64,000 nt of DNA, taken from Cenococcum geophilum (lineage: Eukaryota). The position numbers were made by a program, and so were the translations under genes. The notes beneath the pieces are model-generated. The model had not been told where the DNA came from, searched no databases, and was given only the letters and a program-made list of their open reading frames with translations. How positions within the stretch are numbered: the stretch's first letter is position 1; the number at the start of each line of letters is the position of its first letter. Location: NCBI GenBank assembly GCA_050273025.1, contig CP158635.1:8184001-8248000 (forward strand), in the 5' to 3' direction. Of this stretch, positions 36,964 to 49,786 are shown piece after piece.

Positions 36964-39900
36964 TATTACGGCACTAATAGAAACTAGTAGATTATAGCGG
37001 ATAGTTATAAATAGTCGTAGATAGTTATAAACAGTCTTATACAGTTCTAAATAGTTGCTATTACGTGACCAGAGGATTATATATAACGTTAAGCGGCGCC
37101 ACCCTCCGTCTTCTTTCCTTTCTTTAGCTTTAAATCTTCGTTTATAGACTACTAATCATATAGGCTTGCGCGTCCCTCTTACTATACTTATGCCTTAATT
37201 AACTAAGTCACTAATATTATCTAAAGCTTAACTACCTCTTCTTTCTAAAAAGGAACTTAAAAATATTTACGGACTATAAATAAGAATAGAATATAGAAGT
37301 AAACCTAAAGATTATTACTAGAACTTAAAGAATAAAACAGAACCAGAAAAATAGAAAAGAATAATAAGATTTACAGAATACGTATAAACTAAAACCCCTG
37401 CAGAAACCTACTAGAAGTTACCCTAATAACTATACTATAATACTAAGAAATACAGCAGCCGGCAAAGCAGCTGTAGGACCCTTAAATACCTCCAATAGTA
37501 AGACAGCAACTAACTTAAACTCTTAGGTGGAGCTTATAATAGCTAATGCCAAAATTAAATAACTTTAAGAGCTGCTTAAAGCTAGAGAACCCCCTATACC
37601 TAGCAAAAAGTTATTAGACACCTAAAGACTTGCTATAGTCCTTAAGGCTTTAGCCTAATATATAGTATTAGCATCGTTACGGTCTATAAAGGTTGTAGAC
37701 CCTTTGTTACTTATAGACGGAACCAACTCTATATTTAATAATTAGAAGCTTTAATTATAGAATAAGCTTAAAGTCAATATAGACTACTTCCCTACCACTT
37801 AGGCTAAAATAGCCTATGTCTTTAGTCATACCGGTAAATATGTATAGACATACCTACGTCCTTAATACGTATAGGACTTGGTAAATCCCTTCCTCTCTAA
37901 AGAAGAGATAATTATCTACCTATCTTCTATTTATAAGGACCCCTTTAAAATATAGAACACCTAACTTAATTATAAAAGCCTAAATATAAAAACAACAGAG
38001 ACCTTCTTAGCCTTTTAGACCTACTTTCTGCACCTAGCCGGCTAGGCTTAAATTCCCTAGGAAGATTTAATACTAAACCTATTTAATAAGCTTACCCTAG
38101 ACCTATAGTAAGCCGTATTACTAGTTTTTACTACTATATAGACGCTAAAGGAACTTATAAACTAGTACTTAGCTATTAACTAAGGCCTTTACTAAATTAA
38201 GGTATGCGCTAAATAGTATAAAGCTAGAAACCCTTTAAATCAGACTATAAGCAATATAAGAACGGCCCGTAATGCCCTAGCATAATTAGTAACCCCTATA
38301 GTACCGCCTATATAGCCCGCCGCTAATTTAGCAGCTAGCTATACGGCTAGTCCTGCCATAGGTTTAGTAAATGCTCGGCCTATATACAGCAACCCCTATA
38401 TATAGGCCCTTAGTAATTAAGGAGCTTACTTCTCTTATAGTTAAAAAGGTTACTATATAAAGAATTGCCTAACGGGCGTAAAAGCGGATAAGGTTCTATT
38501 AATCTAGAAGGATAGTATAGAGTTAGAAAAAGAGGAACTTTAGAGAAAGACTCCTCTCTAGGGTTAAAAGGGATTAATATATTAGATATTAATCTAGGTT
38601 AGCTAGTTAGTAGAAGAAGCTATACTATCCCTTATACTTTATTCCGTAATAAATATTAAGTTTTAACCTCTACTTTAGTTAACTTTAGAGTAAATGCCTT
38701 TACCTTAATAGATACCTAGTATACTATAAAGCTGGCTAACCTTTTAAATATACCTATTAAAGAACTACCTAAACTAATTTCTATCCGCGGGTATAATGGG
38801 CAGATAGGGCCACCTATTATAACTATCTTATAGATTTACCTCCATGTTAATAGATAAAGATAGTATAATATCCCCTTCCTTATTACGGACCTAGGTAGCT
38901 ATAATATAATCTTAGGGCGAAAATAGCTAGCCTATTTAGGCTTATAGCTTAATATATAGAGTAAACGGCTTATCTAGCCTAAAATCCTACCCCTAACCCC
39001 TTCCTTTATAAAAGAAATTAGTATTATAATGGAAACCCTTATATAGCCTTAGATTAATACTATTTACTAGGCCGATACTATGCGTAAGGACTAGGCCTTT
39101 AAGAAAGATATATAGCTTAATTTATAACGGATCTATATACTATATCGCCCCCAGACTACCTATATTACGCCACCCGTTTAAAGACCTAGGAAATTAATAG
39201 TAACCTAAAAAAGCCCCCTATAGAAAGCTTAGGCTCTATATAGCCACAAAGGGTAATAAGGGATATTAGACGTTATACTAAACTAATAAATTAGAGGGAT
39301 AATCTATGGAAAATAGAATAGGAGCTAAAAAAGATTATAAACCCTAAACCGCAAAATATAGTCTAGAAAATAGCTGTGAGGAAACCAGCGGACCTTCCAC
39401 TAGTTAATATCTGCTATATTAGTGCCGTAGAATTCTACTAGAACTTAGTTTAGCCTAATACTATTACCTTTACAACGAGCTTATACGAAATTAATTAAAT
39501 AATTAAGGAAAAGAAAAGTAAGCTTAGTGGATAAAAAAGCGAGCTTATAGATAAGGAACTAGTAGAATAAAAACTGCCCTATTAACACTAGAAATTTAAA
39601 AATATATTCTCTAAAGTAATATCTAATATACTTCCACCTTACTAACTATATAATTATAAGATTAAGATTAAGTAGGGCAAGGAAAATACCCTTAGCTTTA
39701 GCCCCCTTTATAAGCAATCTATTACCAAATTATAGGCCATAAAGTAGTATCTTATTAATAACCTAAATAAGGGCTTTATTAAGCCTAGCTAAGCCCCTTT
39801 TACTTTACCTATTTTCTTTATTAAAAAGCCAAATAGAGGACTCCACTTCTATATTAACTACTATAAACTAAATAATATAACCCGCAAGGACCGCTATCTG

Positions 39901-42140
39901 CTACCCCTACTTAATAAGACTTTGGCCTAAATAAATAGAGCTAAGGTCTTTATAAAGCTTAATATCCACTAGACCTTTTACTAAATTAAAATAAACCCTA
40001 AGTCTAAAAATCTTATTATATTTTAAACCTATTATAGAACGTATAAATATAAGATACTTCCTTTTAGACTAACTAATAGACTAGCTATATACTAGTGGTA
40101 TATAAATAATATACTCTTTAACTACCTTAACGACTTCTATACGGCCTTTTAGATAATATTATAATCTACTCTAAAAACGAGCTAGAATATAAGGAGTACG
40201 TCTATAAAGTCCTATAACAGCTCCGCGAGGCTAGCCTCTAGGTTAATATTAAAAAGTTAGAGTTTAGTATTAAGCGTATAAAGTACCTAGGTTTTATTAT
40301 TAGTATAAATAGAATTAAAACTAACCTAGAGAAGACGGCTATAATTAACTAGTGGGCACCCCTACGGACCATAAAGGGGGTATAATTATTTTTAGGTTTT
40401 TATAACTTCTACTAACGCTTTATTAAGAACTATAGTAGGATTACCTGGCCTCTTAACCGTCTTACTAAAAAAGACCAGCCCTTCCACTTTAATGCTATAT
40501 ATAGGCAGGCCTTTAATAAGCTTAAGAAACGGTTAGTATCGGCTCCCCTACTTACCTATTTTAACCTAAAATAGCCCTTAATACTAAAAACTAATGCCTT
40601 AGACGGTATAATAGCTAGTGTTTTTTCCTAAAAGCAATTAGACGGAGAGTAGCACCCTATTATATACTATTTAAAGACTATAATAGATGCCGAGCTAAAC
40701 TACTACATTTATAATAAAGAAATGCTGGCTATTATCTCTAGCTTTTAGCACTGGCGTGTATAGCTAAAGGGGACCCCTAAGCCGATTAAGGTAGTTTTAG
40801 ATTATAAGGCCCTAAAATACTTTATAATAACTAAGGGCCTTATAGCCCGGTAGGCACGCTAAGCGAATACCCTATCTTAGTTTAACTTCTTAATTATATA
40901 TAGACTAGGCGCTATAAACTGTGCGGACGCTCTTATAAGGCGTAAGTAAGACTTAGATAACTAGATAGCTATAAAGATCTTATTATGGACCTAGACGCTA
41001 CTATAACCAAAACACCTTAACCTTTAGATATAGGCAGAACTAAATATAAACTTCTTAGGCGCTAAGATATATCCTATTAACTCCTCTAAACTTAACCTTA
41101 TTAATAAACTACTATAGACTAACTAAACAACCCCCTCTCTATAGGAGTACCGTAAAAAGGCAAAGAACGTTACTAGCCTATAGTCCCTTAAAAACGGACT
41201 ACTTAAGCACTAGGAACGGCTAGTAGTAGCTAAGAAATAGAACTTACGGACCCAGCTTATTACTAAAGCTTATACATAGGTCTCTACGGCCCACCCTAGA
41301 AAAAATAAAACCCGTAAAATTATTAGCGACCGCTACTACTAGCCCGGAATAATTATAGATATTAACCGCTATATATAGAACTATAATAACTGCTATAATT
41401 CTATAATTCTACGAGATAAGACCCTAGGACTATTAGAACCACTCCTAATACTAAAACGCTCCTAGCAGTATATCTCTATAAACTTCTATAAATTACCTAT
41501 AGACTATAACGGATATAATATGGTTATAATCCTAGTTAACCACTTTAGCAAGCGCCCGTTCTTAATCCCCTATTATAAAAATATTAATACTAAAAAGGCG
41601 GCCCAACTATATATCTACTACGTTTACTAAATTTATAGACTACTAGATACTATTATATCCAATTATAGGCTGTAATTTATTTCGGCTTTCTAAAATAAGT
41701 TTACCTAAATCTTAAGTATTAAGATAAAGCTTTTTATAGCATACTACCTCCAAATAGATAGTTAGACGGAAATTATAAATTAATACTTAAACCAGAGACT
41801 TCGGCCCTTTATTAACTACTTCTAAGATAACTAAGCTAAACTACTACCCCTAATAAACTACGCCTAAGCAACCCTACCTTACGACTCTATAGGATTTACC
41901 CCTATCTAGCTAGAAATAGGCTACTTACCCTATATAAGCTTTAACTAGGAAAGACTAGAAGGGCCCTAAACTATACGCGAAAAACTATCTTATAAGGAAG
42001 CCTAGCAGTACGCTAAGCGCTTAGAAGAAGCCTAGGCAGTAGCCCATATAAATTTAGAAAAGGCCCAGAAATTAATATAGTAGTAGGTAAATAAGTATAG
42101 GCGAGAGCCTGACTTTATTATAGGAGATATAGTCTAGGTT

Positions 42141-45100
42141 TGTTACGGCACTAACCTAATGTATACTGTTTCATACTGTCTCGTACTGTTTCCTACTGTT
42201 AGCTAGCCTACTACTAGCGACTTAGCGGCCGGCCCTACTATTTATATACAATACCCCCTTTCTACCTTCTTCCCCTCTTTATACCATAACATAGTTATTT
42301 AGTCTACTTTATTATAGCACTATAACAGTTTATGGTATCTTTAATTTACGCCCTATCGCGATTACTAATTCCCCGTACCCTAGCTAATTAACCTTTACCC
42401 TAAAGTAATTGCAACTTACGCGCGCCTCTACTAAAACTAATACGTCCCTAGTATAGTCCTAAAATAATCTTTAGTTTTTACCTAACGCCTAAATAGGCAA
42501 CACTAATAACGCCAAAATGGCCGAAACCTAGAACCCCTACGACGTTTTCGTAGACCTATTTATAGAGATATACCCTAATATTACGTAGACAATCCGCCGC
42601 TCCCCACTATACCCTAAGACCTTTAAGCCTAGCAAAGCTTACCTTACCGTTATTAACTATACCAACGAGTTCCTTAATAACATTAAAGTAGGACTATAGT
42701 GTATATATAATATAAATACCGCTAATAAGAAAGCTAACAAAAACCTTAGTGCCCTTATCGCTTTTTAAATAGGAACTATTAACTCCTAGGCAAAGACTAT
42801 TACTATTCTAAAATAATTAACCCCTATAATAACGGTAGTAACCTAGTAGAAAAAACGGAGATCTAAAGACCCGCTAATATTTAGCGGAAAAGGTACCCCG
42901 TTAGAATAATAAGCTAATTTTAAGACCTAGCATATTAAGATTAAGGGAGTCTTTAACCGGGACTAGGATTACTTTAATACAGTTTAGTCCTAGATCCTTT
43001 ATATCTTAGATATACTAAAGGATAAGGCCTATAAGTTTATTAAGTAGGGCTTAGAGCTTATACACAAGAACCCAAACAACATATCTACGTGGAAATGGCC
43101 TACTAAAGAAGATATGCTTAAAGACCTTACTGCCTACTATAAGGTCCTTAATATAACCTAGGTCGCAAAGAATAAGCTTAACTATTTCTCCTAAGGCGAG
43201 CGTAATTACTAGTCCTAGAAGGGAGAGCTTAATAAGTTAATAGTCCGCGCTAAGAAGATAGATAAATAGAAGGTGGACCTACTCTAAAAGTTTATCTCTC
43301 TAAAGATGGAAGAGCTAGTACTTAGACTTGCCTATAAAATTAATAATAATAATTATATAGGTTAGAGCAAGTAGATAGATATATTCGCTAAAAACCTCGC
43401 GAACTATACATACTAAGCCAACCTTAAGAAGAACGCTAACTACCACCTACCTACCTAAGCCCCTACCCCTATATTAACCCTAACCCTAGCAATAACTAAA
43501 AAACCTATAGACCTTAATAAAATCTTAGATACGGAGCGTAAGTGCTGCGTTAATAATAAACTATACCTTACCTATAGCCTATCCGGCCACTGGAAGGATA
43601 CCTATAACCCTACTAAGATAGTAGATTTAGTCCTAATGCTACCCTATTAAATAACGCAAACTAATAACTGCAGATGCGGCGACTATAGAGTCTATTATAG
43701 ACGTGGCGACCGCGGAGCCTATTATAGCCGCAGCAGACGACCCCCCCCCCCCCCCCTTTAACCCTATAGCTTAGTTACTTTAAACTATACCCTATATAGG
43801 AGCCTAACCCGTTAATAACGCCTAGTATTAGTAACTTCGCGCTAGTAAATACAAACACAGCTACATTATTAGTAAGGTATTATTTTCCTATACCCTAACT
43901 AAAATAGAGACTAACATCGCTAGCTAGATAGACACTAGACCGCCCCGCAAAGACAGCCCTATACCCTAGTCGTTAAAAGGTAAACCCTTAGATTAAGTTG
44001 CGCCTAAGGGTTTAAACCATATAAGGAGGAAGACAAGAAGATTAGGTCCCTATTACTAGATTAATTAGTCCTTTTTATTAGTAAACTACTACTTAATCTT
44101 GGATTAGTAAACAGTAATAAGAAATTAATCCTTATTTAAACCCAACTCTCCTTATTATATAACCTATGCCCCTAAGTTTATATTAATATAGTAAGCCTAG
44201 TAGACTCCGGTAGTACTATAATAGCATTTACTAACGCAGAGTCTATTATAAGAAAGTATAATATTATAATTAAGAAGCTACTGGCACCTAGGCTACTACG
44301 CCTCGCAGATAGTATCCTAACTTCGCTTATTATAGACTACTTTACTACCTAAATATTAATCGGCCTCTATACTAAAGCTATACTCTTTTTTATTACTAAA
44401 CTCTTGCCCACTACCTTAATTATCCTAGGTATGCCCTAGCTTTAGAAGTATAAGCCCTATCCCAGCTTTAGGAAACTTAAAATCCACTTTAACTCAGACT
44501 ACTACTCTAGGCACTACCTCCCGTAGGGGATAACCGACGTTAGTAGGGACGCCCTATATAGATACTTAGTACTACTAAGCCTAGTACCTAGGACTATATA
44601 TAAAGCCCTAATAGTAGAAGACGTTCCTAATAAAGGGGAGCCTATATAGCTGTAAAGAAATAAAATAATAGAAGACTAAACTGCCCTAGCATTTAAGACT
44701 AAAATAATAGGCTAGCCAGCCCTACCGAGACTAAGAAAGAAGGTCTGCTTTACGCCGCTACTATTAAGAATCCAACCCTAACCTAGGCACTATTTAAACC
44801 CTAGCCGCCTAGCCTAACACCTAAAACTAAGCTATATGCTATATACGCGCACTATAGCTTATATTATAGTAAGGACGAGCTATAAAACTACTAAGACCCA
44901 AATAATAAAAACTGCGCTACTATAACGCCTAACCTTATACCTATCTCCCGCGCGTACTATATAGGGCTACCGCCTTGTTTCCGCCCCCCTAGGCCGACTA
45001 AGCTATACTAGCCTAGCTATAGCACCAGAGAACTAGACACGCCCTAACCTAGACGATATTAAATGCACTTATACTATTAATTTTACCCAGTTCTATAAAT

Positions 45101-48100
45101 AAAAAGACGTAAAGGTAATAAGGATCTATATAGTAGAGCTAGTAGAACTAGTTAAATAAAATAAGTACTAATAGCTGCTTAAAGAGCTGCCTATAGGCCT
45201 AATAGAAGTACCAAACCTATTAAAAAGGTCTTTCCGCCGGCTAGTAAAAGGCAACTATATAATAAAGAAAGCCCGTAAAGTGCTCCCCCCCTATTTCTAT
45301 AACTTCCTTAAGATAAATCTAAAAACTAAACCCAAGCTTTTACGTCGAAAGATAGTTAATACTAATATTAAAAAATTCCTAAAAGGTAAACCAGGATTAA
45401 CCCATAAAAGACATTCTATAACGCCTATTAAAGGAGTTTAGTAAATATATTAAGCACTTTCTTCCTAAAAATATAGATAAGCTACCCCCTTACTAACCAT
45501 AGGACTATAAAATTAAGATTACCCTTAGAAACTAGGCCCTATACTATAAAAATAGACCACTCTTACCTGCTAAACTTAGGTGTATGAAGAAGTGGATTAA
45601 TAAGATGCTAGATAAGGGTTTTATCCGCAAATTAACCTTACTAGCTATTATACCACTCCTCCTTACTACTAAGCCTAGCGGCGGTATACGAATCTACTAT
45701 AACTACTAAGGCCTAAATACAGTTACTATTAAGAATTAACACCCACTGCTACTAATCTACGAGATACTTAACGCACTTTATAGTGCTAAGTACTTTACTA
45801 AACTTAATATAATTACTACGTTTAACCGGATCCGGATTATAAAGGGCTATAAATAGCTTATAGCATTTATTACCTAGTTCGGACTCTATAAGATACTAGT
45901 TATACTATTTAGCCTTTATAACGCACCCGCTATGTTTTAAAACTATATTAACTATATTTTATATAACGCCCTTAATAACTACTACACTGCCTACCTTAAT
46001 AACGTCCTTATCTTTTTTAAAATACGCGCTAAGCATACCAAGTATATAAATAAAGTTATCTAAAGACTTAGCAATGCTGGACTTTAGATTAATATTAATA
46101 AGTTTAAGTTTTACTTTACTAAAACAAAATACCTTAGCTTAATTATCTTAACTAATGGCATAATTATAGACCCTAAGAAGATATAGGCCTTATAGGAATA
46201 AAAGGACCCGATATTAATTAAAGAACTATAACAATTTCTTAGCTTCGTGAACTTCTACTAACAATTTATCTAAGGCTACTTTACTATTGCTATACCTATA
46301 ACAAAACTCCTAAAGAAGGATATTAGATAGCTATAGGGACTAAAATAAGCTAAATCATTTAAGGCCCTTAAGGGAGCCTTTACTTTAGCACTAGTACTAG
46401 TATACTATAACTATATAAAGAAAATAGTAGTAGAGATAGATATATTAAACTAGGCTTTTAGCGGAGTCCTTTCCCAATATAATAATAACGGAAAATTAAA
46501 ACTGGTTATATTCTTCTCCACAAAGCACTCTACACTAAAGTATAACTATAAGATCTATAATAAAGAACTCTTAGCTATTATTAAGGCTTTAGAGAAATAG
46601 CGTCCTAAGCTATAAGGAACTAAGGAGCCGTTTAAAATTATTACCGACTATAAGAACCTATAGACGTTTATAACTATTAAGCAGCTAAACTAGCGCTAAG
46701 TCTAGTAGGCAGAGTTCCTTTTATAGTTTAACTTTATAATTATATATAGACCTAGCAGTAAAGCTACGCTCCCTAATACCCTAAGCTAGCTACTAGAAAT
46801 AAGGCCTAAGGACGCTAATAATAAACGCCTCTACTACTAAGCCTAAGTCGTTATACCGCCCTAAAAAGTTAACCCTATAATCCTAAAAGAATTACTATAT
46901 AAGTTCTATAACTTTAACAATATAGAGTTTATAGCCGCTTTAGACCCTAAAATAGCTAAAAGGTTACTAGATAAGTTAATTTAGCTAAAATACTAGGAGA
47001 ATAAACTCGTAAGAGATATAGTAGCAGCCCTACGTAATTGGAAAGCTTACTGTTAGCTAAAGAAGATTAGGAAATTACTCTATTGCAATAAGTTAGAATA
47101 TAGTATTATTAATAAATAGATCTACTTCCGCTAATATCTCTTTATCCCTAACGCCCTAGACCTCTATCTAAAAGTTACCTATTACTCTTATAGCAGCGGC
47201 CCCGCTAGTTACCCTAGCCGGGTTAAAACTCTTAACCTCTTAAACTAAATATACTAGTGGCTAGGAATCTCCCAGTTTATAGCTACCTTTGTTAAAAACT
47301 GTGCCCTATACTTTTATACTAAGACCCCCTATTCTATCTCACCTAGTTTTCTAAAGCTACTAAAATTACCCACCTACCTATAAACTAATATCTTAATTAA
47401 CTATATCATAACGCTGCTAGTATACTAACGCTATAGTAAGGTATATAAATATATCCTTATTATTATAAACCGCCTAACTAAAATATAATACCTTATTTTA
47501 GTAACAGGACTCTTAATATAGGAGTTAGTTAATAGCTTTATTAATAACGTATATAAGCTCCACGGTATACTAAGCATAATTATCTCTAATTACAGCATAT
47601 AATTTATTAGCAACTTCTAGCAACAACTAAGTAAACGCCTTAAGATAATTTTATAACTAAGCTTAGCCTAGCACCTAAAAACGGACGGCTAAATTAAAAT
47701 TATTAACGCTGCCGTAAATAAATACCTTTGTGCTTTTATTAGCTTTATATAAAATAACTAGGTTAACTACCTACCGCTTACTAAGTTTGCTATAAATAAC
47801 TAAGTTAATAAGAGTATAGGCATCTCCCTATTTTTTGCAAACTATAGCTTTAACCCTCGCCTTAGAATTAAGCCTACTGGCCCCCGCCTACTAATACTAT
47901 TAGCATAAGCAAAGAAGGAGTTCTTTCGCGTAGACTCTATAGCTAACCGCTTTAAGCGGATATTAATATAGCTTAAGGCCCTAGCCTAGATTTTATAGTA
48001 ATGCTATAAAGATAATACTAATACCTATAGGGCCGAAAGCGCGTTATTCTACAAAGGCGATATAGTTATAGTTAGCTTAGAAAATATAAAGATAAATAGA

Positions 48101-49063
48101 CCTAAGAAGAAATAGGACGATAAATAGGACGGCCCGTACCCCGTACTCGCAGTATACTAAGGGGCAGTTATAATGGACCTCCTAGACTATATTTAAGTAA
48201 ATAAATCCTTTTATATATCTAAGGTCCGCCTCTAGGCTACTAAAGAGATCCCTAGCTAAGCAAATATTAATACTATAGAGCGCCGTAATATATAAGGATA
48301 AGTAGTAAAGAGAGACGATAATAGCAATATAGAGGGCGAATAGGAGTTTAAGAAAATCCTTAATATACACGATAAAGACCCCTAGGGCCTAACTTCTGAG
48401 ATTAAATGGAAATATTATAAGGATACAACCTAGCAGCTAGAGGAAGACCTAAAGGGTTATAAATAAGCTGTATAGCGCTTTTATAAGTAACACCCTAAGA
48501 AGCCAGGATCTTTAAACTGGGTATAAGATAAGAAAAAGTCACGCTAAGGTTACGGCCGACCACCGTATTAAAATTTGTGGTGGTTAAGATATTATAAAAC
48601 TTTAACTAGCGGTTAAAGTTATCTAATTAGCCAAATTCTCGCCAAGAAACGCCACATAGATTAATTTAGGTGGCGGTGTAGAGTTCTGCTAACCTTACTT
48701 ACTAAACTAACCAATTAGGATTTTCTATGCCCGGTATAGAAAATCGCTATTAGCTTAGTTAAGGGCGGTAAGCGGAACTAATATCTTTGCGGTAAAAAAT
48801 AGGCAACCCCATATACTGCCTATTTTTAAGTTATTTATTTAGTTTAGGAACTAAACTATCTAGGGGAGAGGAGTACTATTACGGCACTAACCTAACGCAT
48901 ACTGTTTTATACTGTCTCGTACTATTTCCTATTATTAGCTAGCCCACTACTAGCGACTTAGCGGCCGGCCCTACTATTTATATACAATACCCCCTTTCCA
49001 CCTTCTTCCCCTCTTTATACCACAACGTAGTTATTTAGTTTACTTTATTGCAGCACTGTGATA
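42141..49063 (+). mobile_element. Ty3/gypsy chromovirus E, full length (6923 bp), RIP-inactivated
   Basis: 187-bp LTRs at 42141-42327 and 48877-49063; TSD AGGTT; gag with CCHC ~43565-43605; protease LVDSGS ~44200; RT, RH, IN, chromodomain ~48340-48500. Confidence 0.96.
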
Positions 49064-49134
49064 AGGTTATAATAAAGAACTAAAAGATGGAACGACCTAG
49101 CCGTAAGCTAGACTATTAGATAGCAGGACTATAT

Positions 49135-49283
49135 CCCTTAACCCGCCGAGTTACGTCCATCTATTATTAATAAGTATTTAGCCAATCAGATTAATAGGAT
49201 TAAGGCTCCGTAACTACATATATACTTTTAATTCTGGTGTTCCGCACGGACTATCTACTAGATGGACGCCGGTGGGTTAAGGG
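49135..49283. mobile_element. 149-bp miniature inverted-repeat element in the D integrase
   Basis: TIR CCCTTAACCCGCCG / CGGTGGGTTAAGGG plus inner IR CGTCCATCTA / TAGATGGACG; removal with an AT duplication restores the frame GPY....KKGNAYKV. Confidence 0.8.
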
Positions 49284-49786
49284 ATAAGGGTTTTAAAAAG
49301 AAAGGCAACGCGTACAAAGTAAAGCTCCCAAATTTAATTAAAGTTTACCCTATTTTCTTTCTAGATAAACTATAGAAAGCTATAAACGACCTATTACCTA
49401 GATAAAAAAATAAACCTCCCCTACTAATCTAAGTTAATAGCGACGATAAATAGGAAATTAAAGAAATACTGGCCTATAAGCTTATAAGGGGAACATTAAA
49501 ATATTATATTAGTTAGAAAGGGTACAACCTAGACCCCACTTAGTACCCTATATAGAACTTTATAGGTAGTCCCTATAAGCTTTAGGAATTTTATAGTTGT
49601 TACCCTAATAAACCTAGACCTCTAAAGTACCTTAATAAGTAGATAGAGTGCTAGAATAGCGAAGATAATAAGCTACCTATTAAGTATAAAGATAAAAATA
49701 CCCTACGGATATAATACGGACGTATAAAGCCTAAGGGCAGGCTTTTTCAAAGGGGGGGGGGGTAATATTACGGCACTAATAGAAAC

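Larger units (their letters stand above)
36964..49786 (+). mobile_element. Ty3/gypsy chromovirus D, interrupted by E and a mini-MITE; 3' LTR cut after 21 bp by F
   Basis: 5' LTR ~36964-37216; gag to ~38540; RT ~39690-40320; RH; IN ~41220-42140 resuming at 49069; chromodomain ~49450-49600; G-rich PPT 49752-49762; 3' LTR start at 49766. Confidence 0.92.

Noticed and set aside
43740..43756. Long poly-C run in E gag
   Set aside because: Probable slippage or homopolymer error; no further structure.
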